This document shows positions 1-6,889 of a DNA stretch of 24,244 nucleotides, piece by piece. The DNA comes from a virus. Lineage: Duplodnaviria > Caudoviricetes. The notes below the pieces were generated by a model. It did not search any database. It was given only the letters and a program-made list of their open reading frames with translations, and was not told the origin of the DNA. The translations under genes and the position numbers were made by a program. The stretch spans positions 1 through 24,244 of IMG/VR virus record IMGVR_UViG_3300017938_000004. One strand, 5' to 3'. Position 1 is the stretch's first letter. Each line of letters opens with the position of its first letter.

Positions 1-70
1 GACAAGATAGCCGAATATCGTAGAAAGAACAAAGACAAGATAGCCGAACAAAAAGCTGAATATTATAGAA
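1..70. repeat. Terminal direct repeat (circular assembly overlap), copy 1
   Basis: Identical to 24175-24244. Confidence 0.95.
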
Positions 71-189
71 AGAACAAAGACAAGATAGCTGAATATTTAG
101 CTGAATATTATAGAAAGAACAAAAGGCAGAGAATGTCAGAGAGATATTCAAAATTACTAAAAGGGGGTCTCAATTCCTCCCAAGCTTGA
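1..189 (+). CDS. 3' part of the origin-spanning YYRKNKDKIAE-repeat protein (starts at 23944)
   Basis: Frame 1 is open from base 1 to TGA 187-189 and ends KGGLNSSQA; in frame with ATG 23944 after circularisation (139 aa). Confidence 0.85.
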   Translation, partial: DKIAEYRRKNKDKIAEQKAEYYRKNKDKIAEYLAEYYRKNKRQRMSERYSKLLKGGLNSSQA

Positions 190-220
190 AAGCATGGGTA
201 TCCTTGAGACGATTATATGA
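159..220 (+). repeat. Right-end hairpin element R, copy in cassette 2 (62 bp)
   Basis: Identical to 3444-3505; imperfect palindrome GTCTCAA..CCCA-A-GCT-TGAA-AGC-A-TGGG..TTGAGAC; ends in ATGA. Confidence 0.95.
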
Positions 221-408
221 CACAAAAACAAATAACAAAACAAGAAGAGTTTAATGAAGCAACAAAACCAATTAGAAAATATGTAACAACTATTCCCATT
301 CTTTTGATAGGATTTACTGTTCTATTTGGTTTTCCATTTGGAATTAATTTAATGTCTATTCCTATATTTTCATTGGGAATTATAAATTGGATATATTATT
401 CAAAATGA
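217..408 (+). CDS. Small membrane protein, MTQKQ-leader family (63 aa)
   Basis: Two hydrophobic segments; start codon supplied by element R; ATGA overlap with the next ORF. Confidence 0.75.
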   Translation: MTQKQITKQEEFNEATKPIRKYVTTIPILLIGFTVLFGFPFGINLMSIPIFSLGIINWIYYSK

Positions 409-551
409 CAACACAAAAAACAAACACACGAGGGGGAACACAAACCCCCCAGAAAAACACAGAAACAAAGAAGAAGAAATGTAGAACTTGTTTAATTCCT
501 TTAATTCCAAATCATCCTAAATTAAATAAGATTATTCACTTTTTATGCTAA
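405..551 (+). CDS. Small putative Zn-binding protein (48 aa, not in ORF track)
   Basis: MTTQKTNT...CRTC...HFLC; ATGA-coupled to the upstream ORF. Confidence 0.55.
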   Translation: MTTQKTNTRGGTQTPQKNTETKKKKCRTCLIPLIPNHPKLNKIIHFLC

Positions 552-552
552 A

Positions 553-600
553 ATGACGACTGAAACAGAAATCTTCGGCGATGATGCTGAATTAAAATGA
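553..600 (+). CDS. Micro-ORF MTTETEIFGDDAELK, MTTETE-leader family
   Basis: First 19 nt identical to the 22243 start and 21/22 nt identical to the 22643 start; ends in an ATGA overlap with a 10-aa ORF at 597-629. Confidence 0.4.
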   Translation: MTTETEIFGDDAELK

Positions 601-630
601 AGCCACAAAAACGGAGAAAATTTAGATAAC

Positions 631-1518
631 ATGGAAAAAAAAGAGGTAGATAAAGAAGTAAAAGTCCAAAAGTCAAGCTTTTACTTGTTCTTATTCAATC
701 GCATCAAGGAGGGAAAAACACCTTCTTCTATTTCTAAGGAGTATCAAATCCCTAAGCAAAAGCTCCAATATTATCTAAATCAGCTGAAGAAAGGAGGTTT
801 CATAGAAAAAGTCGGTTACAAATCATGGAAAGTAAAAGTAAAAGAGTTCTCGTTAGGAACGAGACCGACAACCAACCTTCATGCCTTACAAATCAATATT
901 CCTATTCTTTCAGGGGAAATCAAGGGGTCGGACTGGGAAGTAAAAGAAGAATTAAGAAACTGGACTCCAAAATACAAAACTTTGGACATCTTAGGAGGTC
1001 TTACCATTAAAAACAATAATAATAAATCTATCAGCATCTTTGCTCATTCAAGGGATTTGAAGGAGTTGAAGGAGATTGATGCCCTTTCTTATGATATAGT
1101 AAATTTCGCATTAGAATGGTTTAAGCGAGACTTTAATGTAACTCTTGACTTGTTCAATGCAGAAGTCAAATCTCTTCATATCGCCACTCAAGATAAAGTA
1201 AGCGAAGATATGCAGAAGCAAGGAGATAGGTTTGAATTGGACTTGCAGAAGAAGGCAGAAAAGGTTTTTCCTAAAGATAAGATAGACGGAAAAGCATGGA
1301 TTGATGGTTCTCCTTTCACTTTTACAGCAGAAACAAATGATAAGGAATGGAAAAGAGCTTACTTGTCTATGCCTTTTATGATGGAAGAAATAGCAAAAGC
1401 AACCCATTATATCGCATTAAACTATGCTTCCCATGTCAAACTGGTAGAAAAAGCAAGTAAAGTAATGGAGAAGCTGGATAAAAGATTATCTCAAACTAAA
1501 TTAACGGAGTTCCTATGA
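631..1518 (+). CDS. Winged-HTH protein with uncharacterised C-terminal domain (candidate replication initiator)
   Basis: N-terminal TPSSISKEYQIPKQKLQYYLNQLKKGGFIEK wHTH pattern; LHAL, LHIA, WIDGS and ETN motifs; replication role is inference only. Confidence 0.6.
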   Translation: MEKKEVDKEVKVQKSSFYLFLFNRIKEGKTPSSISKEYQIPKQKLQYYLNQLKKGGFIEKVGYKSWKVKVKEFSLGTRPTTNLHALQINIPILSGEIKGSDWEVKEELRNWTPKYKTLDILGGLTIKNNNNKSISIFAHSRDLKELKEIDALSYDIVNFALEWFKRDFNVTLDLFNAEVKSLHIATQDKVSEDMQKQGDRFELDLQKKAEKVFPKDKIDGKAWIDGSPFTFTAETNDKEWKRAYLSMPFMMEEIAKATHYIALNYASHVKLVEKASKVMEKLDKRLSQTKLTEFL

Positions 1519-1715
1519 CACTTGAACAATCAGTTTCTTCAAATCCAGATCCAGCAATTCGTTTTTATGAAAGCAACCTTACAGAAGAAGAAATAGCAAA
1601 GCTAAAGCTATTCTCCAAGACAGAGGAAGACTATGTATCCAGGTTGATTGATGCTTACAAGATGACTTTTCTAAACAAGAGATATGAGATAGTAAGAGGA
1701 GAAGAAGAATTATGA
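1515..1715 (+). CDS. Hypothetical protein (66 aa)
   Basis: ATGA overlaps at both ends. Confidence 0.7.
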   Translation: MTLEQSVSSNPDPAIRFYESNLTEEEIAKLKLFSKTEEDYVSRLIDAYKMTFLNKRYEIVRGEEEL

Positions 1716-1954
1716 AGCAGCAGCTAATTCCCCAAGTTCAGAAAAAACCAATCATTAGAGTTCTCTGTCCTTACTGCCAGAAGAACTATTTGGTTTTGAG
1801 AAATAGACAATCAAACTTGAACCTTTCTTTTTTTGTAAGAAAATGGAAGGAAGAAAGAGAATGGCATTGCTCTGGCGGATGTATTTCTTCTTTCCCTGAA
1901 AACTACTTTGATGTTTTTCCACAGTTTGAGAAATTTGTGGAGAGGAAAGTATGA
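1712..1954 (+). CDS. Zn-ribbon protein (80 aa)
   Basis: CPYC...CSGGC; ATGA-coupled, upstream GAGGAG. Confidence 0.7.
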   Translation: MKQQLIPQVQKKPIIRVLCPYCQKNYLVLRNRQSNLNLSFFVRKWKEEREWHCSGGCISSFPENYFDVFPQFEKFVERKV

Positions 1955-2058
1955 AAGAAAAAATACAGAAAATCTTGTTCAAGATAGGAGAAGCAATCCT
2001 TACAGGATTAGGAGTTACAATAGGCGCTTACTTGGCAGGAGTAGTGATAAGAAGATGA
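1951..2058 (+). CDS. Small membrane peptide (35 aa, not in ORF track)
   Basis: MKEKIQKILFKIGEAILTGLGVTIGAYLAGVVIRR; ATGA overlaps at both ends; GxxxG motifs. Confidence 0.7.
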   Translation: MKEKIQKILFKIGEAILTGLGVTIGAYLAGVVIRR

Positions 2059-2597
2059 AAGTTTGTTTATATGCAAGAGTTTCAAAAGAAGAAGAAGGAA
2101 TGCAAGACCCAAACAATCAGCTTATTCCTTTAAGAAAATTCTGTGAATCAATGCAATGGGAAATAAAAAAAGAATTTATTGACAGGGCTTCTGGAGGTTC
2201 TGCAAACAGACCAGCATTTCAATTAATGTTAAGTGAAGTAAAGCAAAGGCATTTTGATTTGATTCTTATTTGGGCATTAGACAGATTTTCAAGAGAAGGA
2301 ATTGTTAGCACATTAAAATATTGCCAACTTCTTAATGATTATAAAACTTCCTTAAAGAGTCTGCAGGAATCATGGTTAGATACAAGAGATGAAGGCATGG
2401 GGCAATTAATGTTGGCAATGATGGCTTGGTTTGCCCAACAAGAAAGAAAAAGAATAAGTGATAGAACAAAAGCAGGATTAAAACAAAAGAAAGAAGAAGG
2501 GAAGATTTTGGGAAGACCAAAGGGATGGAGAAAAAGTAAAATAAAAGGGGTTCAAAATCCTTCTTATAAAAACACTCAAAAAGAGGTAGAGGTTTAG
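2055..2597 (+). CDS. Serine recombinase, resolvase/invertase family (180 aa)
   Basis: MKVCLYARVS catalytic Ser motif, DRASG, RPAF, LDRFSR, ERKRISDRTKAGL...GRP; start reassigned from 1908 to ATG 2055; no clear C-terminal HTH. Confidence 0.95.
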   Translation: MKVCLYARVSKEEEGMQDPNNQLIPLRKFCESMQWEIKKEFIDRASGGSANRPAFQLMLSEVKQRHFDLILIWALDRFSREGIVSTLKYCQLLNDYKTSLKSLQESWLDTRDEGMGQLMLAMMAWFAQQERKRISDRTKAGLKQKKEEGKILGRPKGWRKSKIKGVQNPSYKNTQKEVEV

Positions 2598-2610
2598 ATG
2601 TCCGTTTAAT

Positions 2611-2790
2611 ATGCAATTTGAAATAATCCAACTAAAAATGGGAGGATGGAAGAAACTGAAATTTCCAAGAAGATGCAAAGTATGCAACAAAGTATTAGGC
2701 AAACAGAACAAATCAGGAATCTGCTCTAATTGCTCTCTTGAAATTCGTCAAAAAAATCAACATGACATACTCCCATACCCTAAAGGGTAG
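2611..2790 (+). CDS. Small Zn-finger protein (59 aa, not in ORF track)
   Basis: RRCKVCNKVLGKQNKSGICSNC; its stop codon lies inside element L. Confidence 0.65.
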   Translation: MQFEIIQLKMGGWKKLKFPRRCKVCNKVLGKQNKSGICSNCSLEIRQKNQHDILPYPKG

Positions 2791-2811
2791 GGTATCTTAA
2801 AGAAAATGGAA
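2762..2811 (+). repeat. Left-end hairpin element L, copy in cassette 1 (50 bp)
   Basis: Identical to 23900-23949; ATGACATACTCCCATACCC-TAAA-GGGTAGGGTATCTTAAAGAAAATGGAA; stem TACCC/GGGTA. Confidence 0.95.
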
Positions 2812-3474
2812 ACAAAAACAATAAAGATTTTGAATTTATATGCTGGAATTGGTGGAAATAGAAAACTATGGACAGGAGATATAGAAGTTACGGCAGTAGA
2901 GAATGTTCCAGAGATAGCTAAGATATACCAAGACTTTTTCCCTAATGATAAGGTAATAGTAACAGATGCACACCAATTTTTATTAGAACATTTTAAAGAA
3001 TTTGATTTTATATGGAGTTCTCCACCTTGTCCAAGTCATAGTAGGATAAATACTATGTTAGTAAATGGAAGAGGGTTTAAAGCAAAGTTTCCAGATATGA
3101 AACTTTATGAAGAGATATTGTTTCTACAAGCATACTTTAAAGGGAAATGGATTGTTGAGAATGTTAGAAGTTTTTATACTCCTTTAATTAAACCACAAGA
3201 AAGAGGTAGACATTATTATTGGAGTAATTTTGAGATAGGATATTTAGGAAAAAGTAAGAAAGTTAGGAATGATAAAGGTTCAATTTTGAGTTTAAAAATG
3301 AAAGATAGAGAAATGGTTGTTAGTGATTTTAAAGATTATAAAGGGGATAAAAGGACTTTGATAAATAATTGTGTAGAACCTATTGTAGGATTATTAATAT
3401 TTGAAATGGCTTTCAAGAAACCACAAAAAACTTTATTAGAACAAAAAGGGGGTCTCAATTCCTCCCAAGCTTGA
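2806..3474 (+). CDS. Orphan C5-cytosine DNA methyltransferase (222 aa)
   Basis: Motif I LYAGIGG, motif IV SPPC, motif VI ENV, RGRHY; last 9 aa encoded by element R. Confidence 0.9.
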   Translation: METKTIKILNLYAGIGGNRKLWTGDIEVTAVENVPEIAKIYQDFFPNDKVIVTDAHQFLLEHFKEFDFIWSSPPCPSHSRINTMLVNGRGFKAKFPDMKLYEEILFLQAYFKGKWIVENVRSFYTPLIKPQERGRHYYWSNFEIGYLGKSKKVRNDKGSILSLKMKDREMVVSDFKDYKGDKRTLINNCVEPIVGLLIFEMAFKKPQKTLLEQKGGLNSSQA

Positions 3475-3505
3475 AAGCATGGGTATCCTTGAGACGATTA
3501 TATGA
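3444..3505 (+). repeat. Right-end hairpin element R, copy in cassette 1 (62 bp)
   Basis: Identical to 159-220. Confidence 0.95.
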
Positions 3506-3807
3506 ACACAAAAGAATTCTTCACTAAGTGGAAGCAGGGAATAGAAGCAATAACACCTTACCAGCAAGTCAGGGGTCAGTTATTCAGCATAATCCCAATC
3601 TTCATAGGAATTATCATAGGAATAATAGTAACAATAAAATCTCATACTTGGTGGCTTGTCTTAATTTTAGGTGGCTCTTTAATCCTGACTTTCTTCCAAT
3701 TTATAGGAATGCTGCAAAGATTTTTAAGGTTGAGAGTCCAAAGAGATATTATGAAGTCCATGCAGGATGTGATTCCAGGAGGTTCAAGTGAAACCAAGAC
3801 TCCTTAG
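3502..3807 (+). CDS. Two-TM membrane protein (101 aa)
   Basis: Two hydrophobic helices; start codon at the end of R. Confidence 0.8.
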   Translation: MNTKEFFTKWKQGIEAITPYQQVRGQLFSIIPIFIGIIIGIIVTIKSHTWWLVLILGGSLILTFFQFIGMLQRFLRLRVQRDIMKSMQDVIPGGSSETKTP

Positions 3808-4006
3808 ATTTCTTGCAGGGCTTTCAATAGCTTCTTCTCTTATGTTTATTCTTAGTAACATTGCAGCAATAAATGATGTAATGAAAGCAAACATTCCAAA
3901 CAAATTTCCCATTTATCTTGAAGCCATCATTTATCTTGTTCTTCTCATCGTTGATTTGATTGTCGCATTTCAGCTGTGGGAAAAGGCAAAGAAGAGGTTA
4001 AAGTAA
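3788..4006 (+). CDS. Two-TM membrane protein (72 aa)
   Basis: GTG start after GGAGGT; two hydrophobic helices. Confidence 0.75.
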   Translation: MKPRLLRFLAGLSIASSLMFILSNIAAINDVMKANIPNKFPIYLEAIIYLVLLIVDLIVAFQLWEKAKKRLK

Positions 4007-4007
4007 T

Positions 4008-4526
4008 ATGGTAAATAATTGTTTATGGTGTGGAGAACCAATTTTAGAAGGAATAAATAGGGAATATCATCCAATTTGTGTTAAAAGGAAATATAATTTT
4101 AATAATAGAAAAAAAGCATCAGAGTATTTCCAAAAGAACAAGGAGAAGATTTATTCAGTTAAGAGAATTTATAACATTAAAAATAAGGAAAAAATAGATG
4201 AAATAAAAAGAAAGTATAGGATAAAGAATAGGGAAATTCTAAATAAAAAGGCATTAAAACATTCTAAAAAAAATAGAGACAAAATAAATAAATATCATAA
4301 AGAATGGAAGAAAAATAACAAAAAGATAGTTAATGCAGAAAATCAGGCATCTATAAAAATTCAATTATTAGATTCTTGTCAAATTTGTGGAAGTAAAGAG
4401 AATCTACAAAGACATCACTGGGATTATAACAGACCATTATTAGTTACTACTTTATGTAAAGATTGTCATAGAATTCAACATATAAAGAACTTTGAAAACA
4501 GTTTCTTTGGGAGGGTATCTTGTTAG
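4008..4526 (+). CDS. HNH endonuclease with N-terminal Lys-rich helical repeats
   Basis: CQICG...LQRHHWDY...LCKDCHRIQH; YxxKNKEKI-type repeats; N-terminal CxxC...HxxC. Confidence 0.85.
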   Translation: MVNNCLWCGEPILEGINREYHPICVKRKYNFNNRKKASEYFQKNKEKIYSVKRIYNIKNKEKIDEIKRKYRIKNREILNKKALKHSKKNRDKINKYHKEWKKNNKKIVNAENQASIKIQLLDSCQICGSKENLQRHHWDYNRPLLVTTLCKDCHRIQHIKNFENSFFGRVSC

Positions 4527-4792
4527 GAGATGTCTGGGATTGGATAGCAGAAAAAACAGGAGAAAGCTGGGAAACATTCTTAGGATATTTTTCTAATCTT
4601 AATGAATTCTCTACTCCTGGATTAGTTGGAGGAATAATCTGCATGGGCTTTATTTTCTTCGTAAGGGGAAAACTTCTCAATCCATTCATCAAGGCAATGC
4701 CAGTAGCTCAAGGTGTTATAACTTATATTATTTGTTTTGCAGGAGCATTTATTGTAGGATACTTATTCATGAAGAGGGCATTTGAACAATGA
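4520..4792 (+). CDS. Two-TM membrane protein (90 aa)
   Basis: TTG start after GGAGG; two hydrophobic helices. Confidence 0.75.
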   Translation: MLGDVWDWIAEKTGESWETFLGYFSNLNEFSTPGLVGGIICMGFIFFVRGKLLNPFIKAMPVAQGVITYIICFAGAFIVGYLFMKRAFEQ

Positions 4793-4802
4793 AAGGAGGT
4801 CT

Positions 4803-5162
4803 ATGGGAGAACGATTTGAAAGATTCAAGCTGGACTTGCACAATAAAATAAAGCAGGGAACAATAGAAAGCAATCTGAATGGAGAAAGAGTCCTGATGAA
4901 ATATGGAGGTTGGCATATTGGATTCTTTGACTTGAGAACCTGGCATGTTATCAATCCGCCAGTAGTAGAAGAAAATGGAAAGCTAAAGATGAATTGGCCT
5001 AACTTTATTTTTGGAGGTTGGAAGAATCTCTGGAAACTTGTAGGAGTAATAATAGTATTCGGAGCTGTTTTATTGAGCTATTCTAATATAGTAAACCAAT
5101 TCAATCATTTAGTAAAGACTTGCACACCTTATTCTGTTAATTTGTCAGCTGCATTGAAGTAA
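4803..5162 (+). CDS. Single-TM membrane protein (119 aa)
   Basis: ATG 4803 follows AGGAGGT; C-terminal TM helix. Confidence 0.75.
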   Translation: MGERFERFKLDLHNKIKQGTIESNLNGERVLMKYGGWHIGFFDLRTWHVINPPVVEENGKLKMNWPNFIFGGWKNLWKLVGVIIVFGAVLLSYSNIVNQFNHLVKTCTPYSVNLSAALK

Positions 5163-5274
5163 TTAGTTATTTTTTTGGATTTAACTTACCCTTCCTTTAC
5201 TTTTTTCTGATTTCCTTAGCCAGGTTAATTATTATAAAGTATACTTATAACCGAGAATTAGACAAAAAACCTTA
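5163..5274. terminator. Convergent intergenic region with oligo-T tracts
   Basis: TTTTTTT and TTTTTT on the + strand after 5162, and an A6 tract (T on the - strand) near 5264; archaeal-type terminators. Confidence 0.5.
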
Positions 5275-6141
5275 TTAGCCGTGTTTTTCCGACACTTCGC
5301 CGTCATTTTCTTCTGAGGTATCGGAGTATTCTTCAAGTATCTTGTAAATTTCAGCACGGCTCAAGCCACAAATCTCTGAAATCTCCTTTGCAGGTATTCT
5401 TTTCTTTTCTTTTAGGTAGACTATCAGCTTATTCCTTTGCTGAACCTTCTTATCCTGGTTCTGTTTGTTCTTTGATTGTTCAATCAGATGCTTTCCTTTC
5501 ATCTTCTCATACAAATCCCAGTCAGCAATCCATTTCTTTGTATATCTTCCCCTGAAGTTAGGTTTCTCTGCATTGTAATCAACAAACTTGTTCCCTTTGA
5601 CATACAATTTCCTTTTTTCATCCCTTCCGAAAGCTGCAAAGTAACCTCTTTCAAAAGAATCAGAATAAACAACGAACAAATGCGAAGTCCTGAAGATAGC
5701 AATGCCTTTAGACAAGTCAAAGAAATTAGGAAGGCAAAGAATAATGAATAATCCTTTCTGCCTTATTAGTTGCAGATGGTTTACAATCCTTAAAAATTCA
5801 GCAGAGCTTGAAACTCTTGAATTTAAGCTCTCAAAAGATTCATCAAGCATGAAAGCCATACCTGTTTTGGCATCAGGACTTGCTGTTCTTTCAATCAATC
5901 CATTTTCTCCTGTTCCTGTAAAGCATATTCTGTCTTTTGCATTGAATGAAGGGTCAAGAAACTTGCATATCTGCTGTGTGAATGTAGATTTCCCTGTTCC
6001 TGGAATCCCTGCGACAATAGCCAAGTAATCCCATCCCCTTTTCAATACAGAATTTTTTACAGCTTCAAGATTTTCCTTTAATGTTTCATCAATATACATT
6101 TCATCATCAGAACCATCATCTCTTTTTGCAGGGACTATCAT
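5275..6141 (-). CDS. P-loop ATPase with C-terminal HTH (putative morphogenesis/packaging ATPase)
   Basis: Walker A GIPGTGKS, Walker B FMLDES, IRQKGLFIILC; C-terminal AKEISEICGLSRAEIYKIL; next to capsid genes as in spindle-shaped viruses. Confidence 0.85.
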   Translation of the reverse strand: MIVPAKRDDGSDDEMYIDETLKENLEAVKNSVLKRGWDYLAIVAGIPGTGKSTFTQQICKFLDPSFNAKDRICFTGTGENGLIERTASPDAKTGMAFMLDESFESLNSRVSSSAEFLRIVNHLQLIRQKGLFIILCLPNFFDLSKGIAIFRTSHLFVVYSDSFERGYFAAFGRDEKRKLYVKGNKFVDYNAEKPNFRGRYTKKWIADWDLYEKMKGKHLIEQSKNKQNQDKKVQQRNKLIVYLKEKKRIPAKEISEICGLSRAEIYKILEEYSDTSEENDGEVSEKHG

Positions 6142-6545
6142 TATTTGTTCAGGTTCTTCTTATCTTCCTTAGGGGGAATAAGATAACCATATTTTTTTAG
6201 AGTATCCATTAATAGTTCACTGTAAGAATCCAGATTTTTAATAAGTTCACTTCCATAATTCTTTGAGAACTCAACTTTCTTGGAAAGATTGAATCCAGAA
6301 TATGTAGTAACCTGAAGTCCGAATGTATTGTTCAGCTCTTTTTCTTTTTCAACAAACTTTTCCCTCTCATCCTGCTTCAAATTAGCAACGATAATCATTC
6401 TTATCGCCTTAAGATTCCTAAAGCATGTTTCAAAATTATATCTTATGTAATTATTTGTAGCTGCATTGAGAATAATCGCTATTTGTTCAATAATTGCCTG
6501 GGATAAATTCCAAGCAACCTCTTGACTGTCAGAAGTGTATGCCAT
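6141..6545 (-). CDS. Hypothetical helical protein (134 aa)
   Basis: TAATG-coupled to the ATPase; probably leaderless. Confidence 0.8.
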   Translation of the reverse strand: MAYTSDSQEVAWNLSQAIIEQIAIILNAATNNYIRYNFETCFRNLKAIRMIIVANLKQDEREKFVEKEKELNNTFGLQVTTYSGFNLSKKVEFSKNYGSELIKNLDSYSELLMDTLKKYGYLIPPKEDKKNLNK

Positions 6546-6562
6546 AATTATGAAACTATAAA

Positions 6563-6590
6563 AAACACAATCTTTATTAAGTTTGTGTTT
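6563..6590. promoter_or_regulatory. Palindromic divergent promoter/operator
   Basis: AAACACAA-T-CTT-TATT-AAG-T-TTGTGTTT; central TTTATTAA reads as TATA-like on both strands. Confidence 0.65.
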
Positions 6591-6647
6591 ATATTAAAAT
6601 TATGGAAAATCGCAAGATTCTTCCCTTCATGAAGGAGGGTAGTAAAG

Positions 6648-6869
6648 ATGTTAGGAAATTTAATAACTGGGTTCTTGATTATTCTCGTTGGAGTAAATTT
6701 AGCCCCAACAGTTGCTAACCAGGTAGCTGCACAGACAAGCAATACAAACTTCACAAACGGCTCTTCTGCTGTTCTTAGTTTGGTTACATTGTTCTTTGTC
6801 CTTGCAGTCGCTGTAGCAGCAATGGATATAGCTGTCGTTGGACTCAGACAATCAGGACTTATAATTTAA
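6648..6869 (+). CDS. Major capsid protein, spindle-virus type, paralogue 1 (73 aa)
   Basis: Two hydrophobic helices joined by a short loop with sequons NFT and NGS; GGAGG RBS; architecture of SSV1 VP1/VP3 and His1 MCP. Confidence 0.8.
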   Translation: MLGNLITGFLIILVGVNLAPTVANQVAAQTSNTNFTNGSSAVLSLVTLFFVLAVAVAAMDIAVVGLRQSGLII

Positions 6870-6889
6870 GTTTCCACATTTGAAATAAA

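Larger units (their letters stand above)
2762..3505 (+). mobile_element. Putative non-autonomous cassette 1: L - methyltransferase - R
   Basis: Bounded by L and R elements that are shared with cassette 2; ATGA at both termini. Confidence 0.65.

Noticed and set aside
432-450. GGGGG-AACACAAA-CCCCCC hairpin as a third cassette end
   Set aside because: It lacks the CTCCCA/GGGTATC signature, is single copy and lies within an ORF.
1908-2597. Serine recombinase as an IS607 TnpA, with the 229-aa start at 1908
   Set aside because: There is no N-terminal MerR-type HTH and no tnpB. The extension overlaps two better ORFs and the catalytic domain begins at ATG 2055.
4512-4521. AGGGTATCTT at the end of the HNH gene matching the 3' arm of L
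   Set aside because: The match is only 10 bp, has no 5' arm or hairpin, and overlaps the RBS and start of the next gene, so it may be chance.
2806-4526. Methyltransferase plus HNH as a restriction-modification pair
   Set aside because: The genes are separated by two membrane genes and by element R, and the HNH looks like a homing type, so there is no evidence of pairing.
5476-6028. Plus-strand ORFs opposite the ATPase, and other short antisense ORFs in the track
   Set aside because: They fully overlap well-supported genes on the other strand and have no motifs or RBS.
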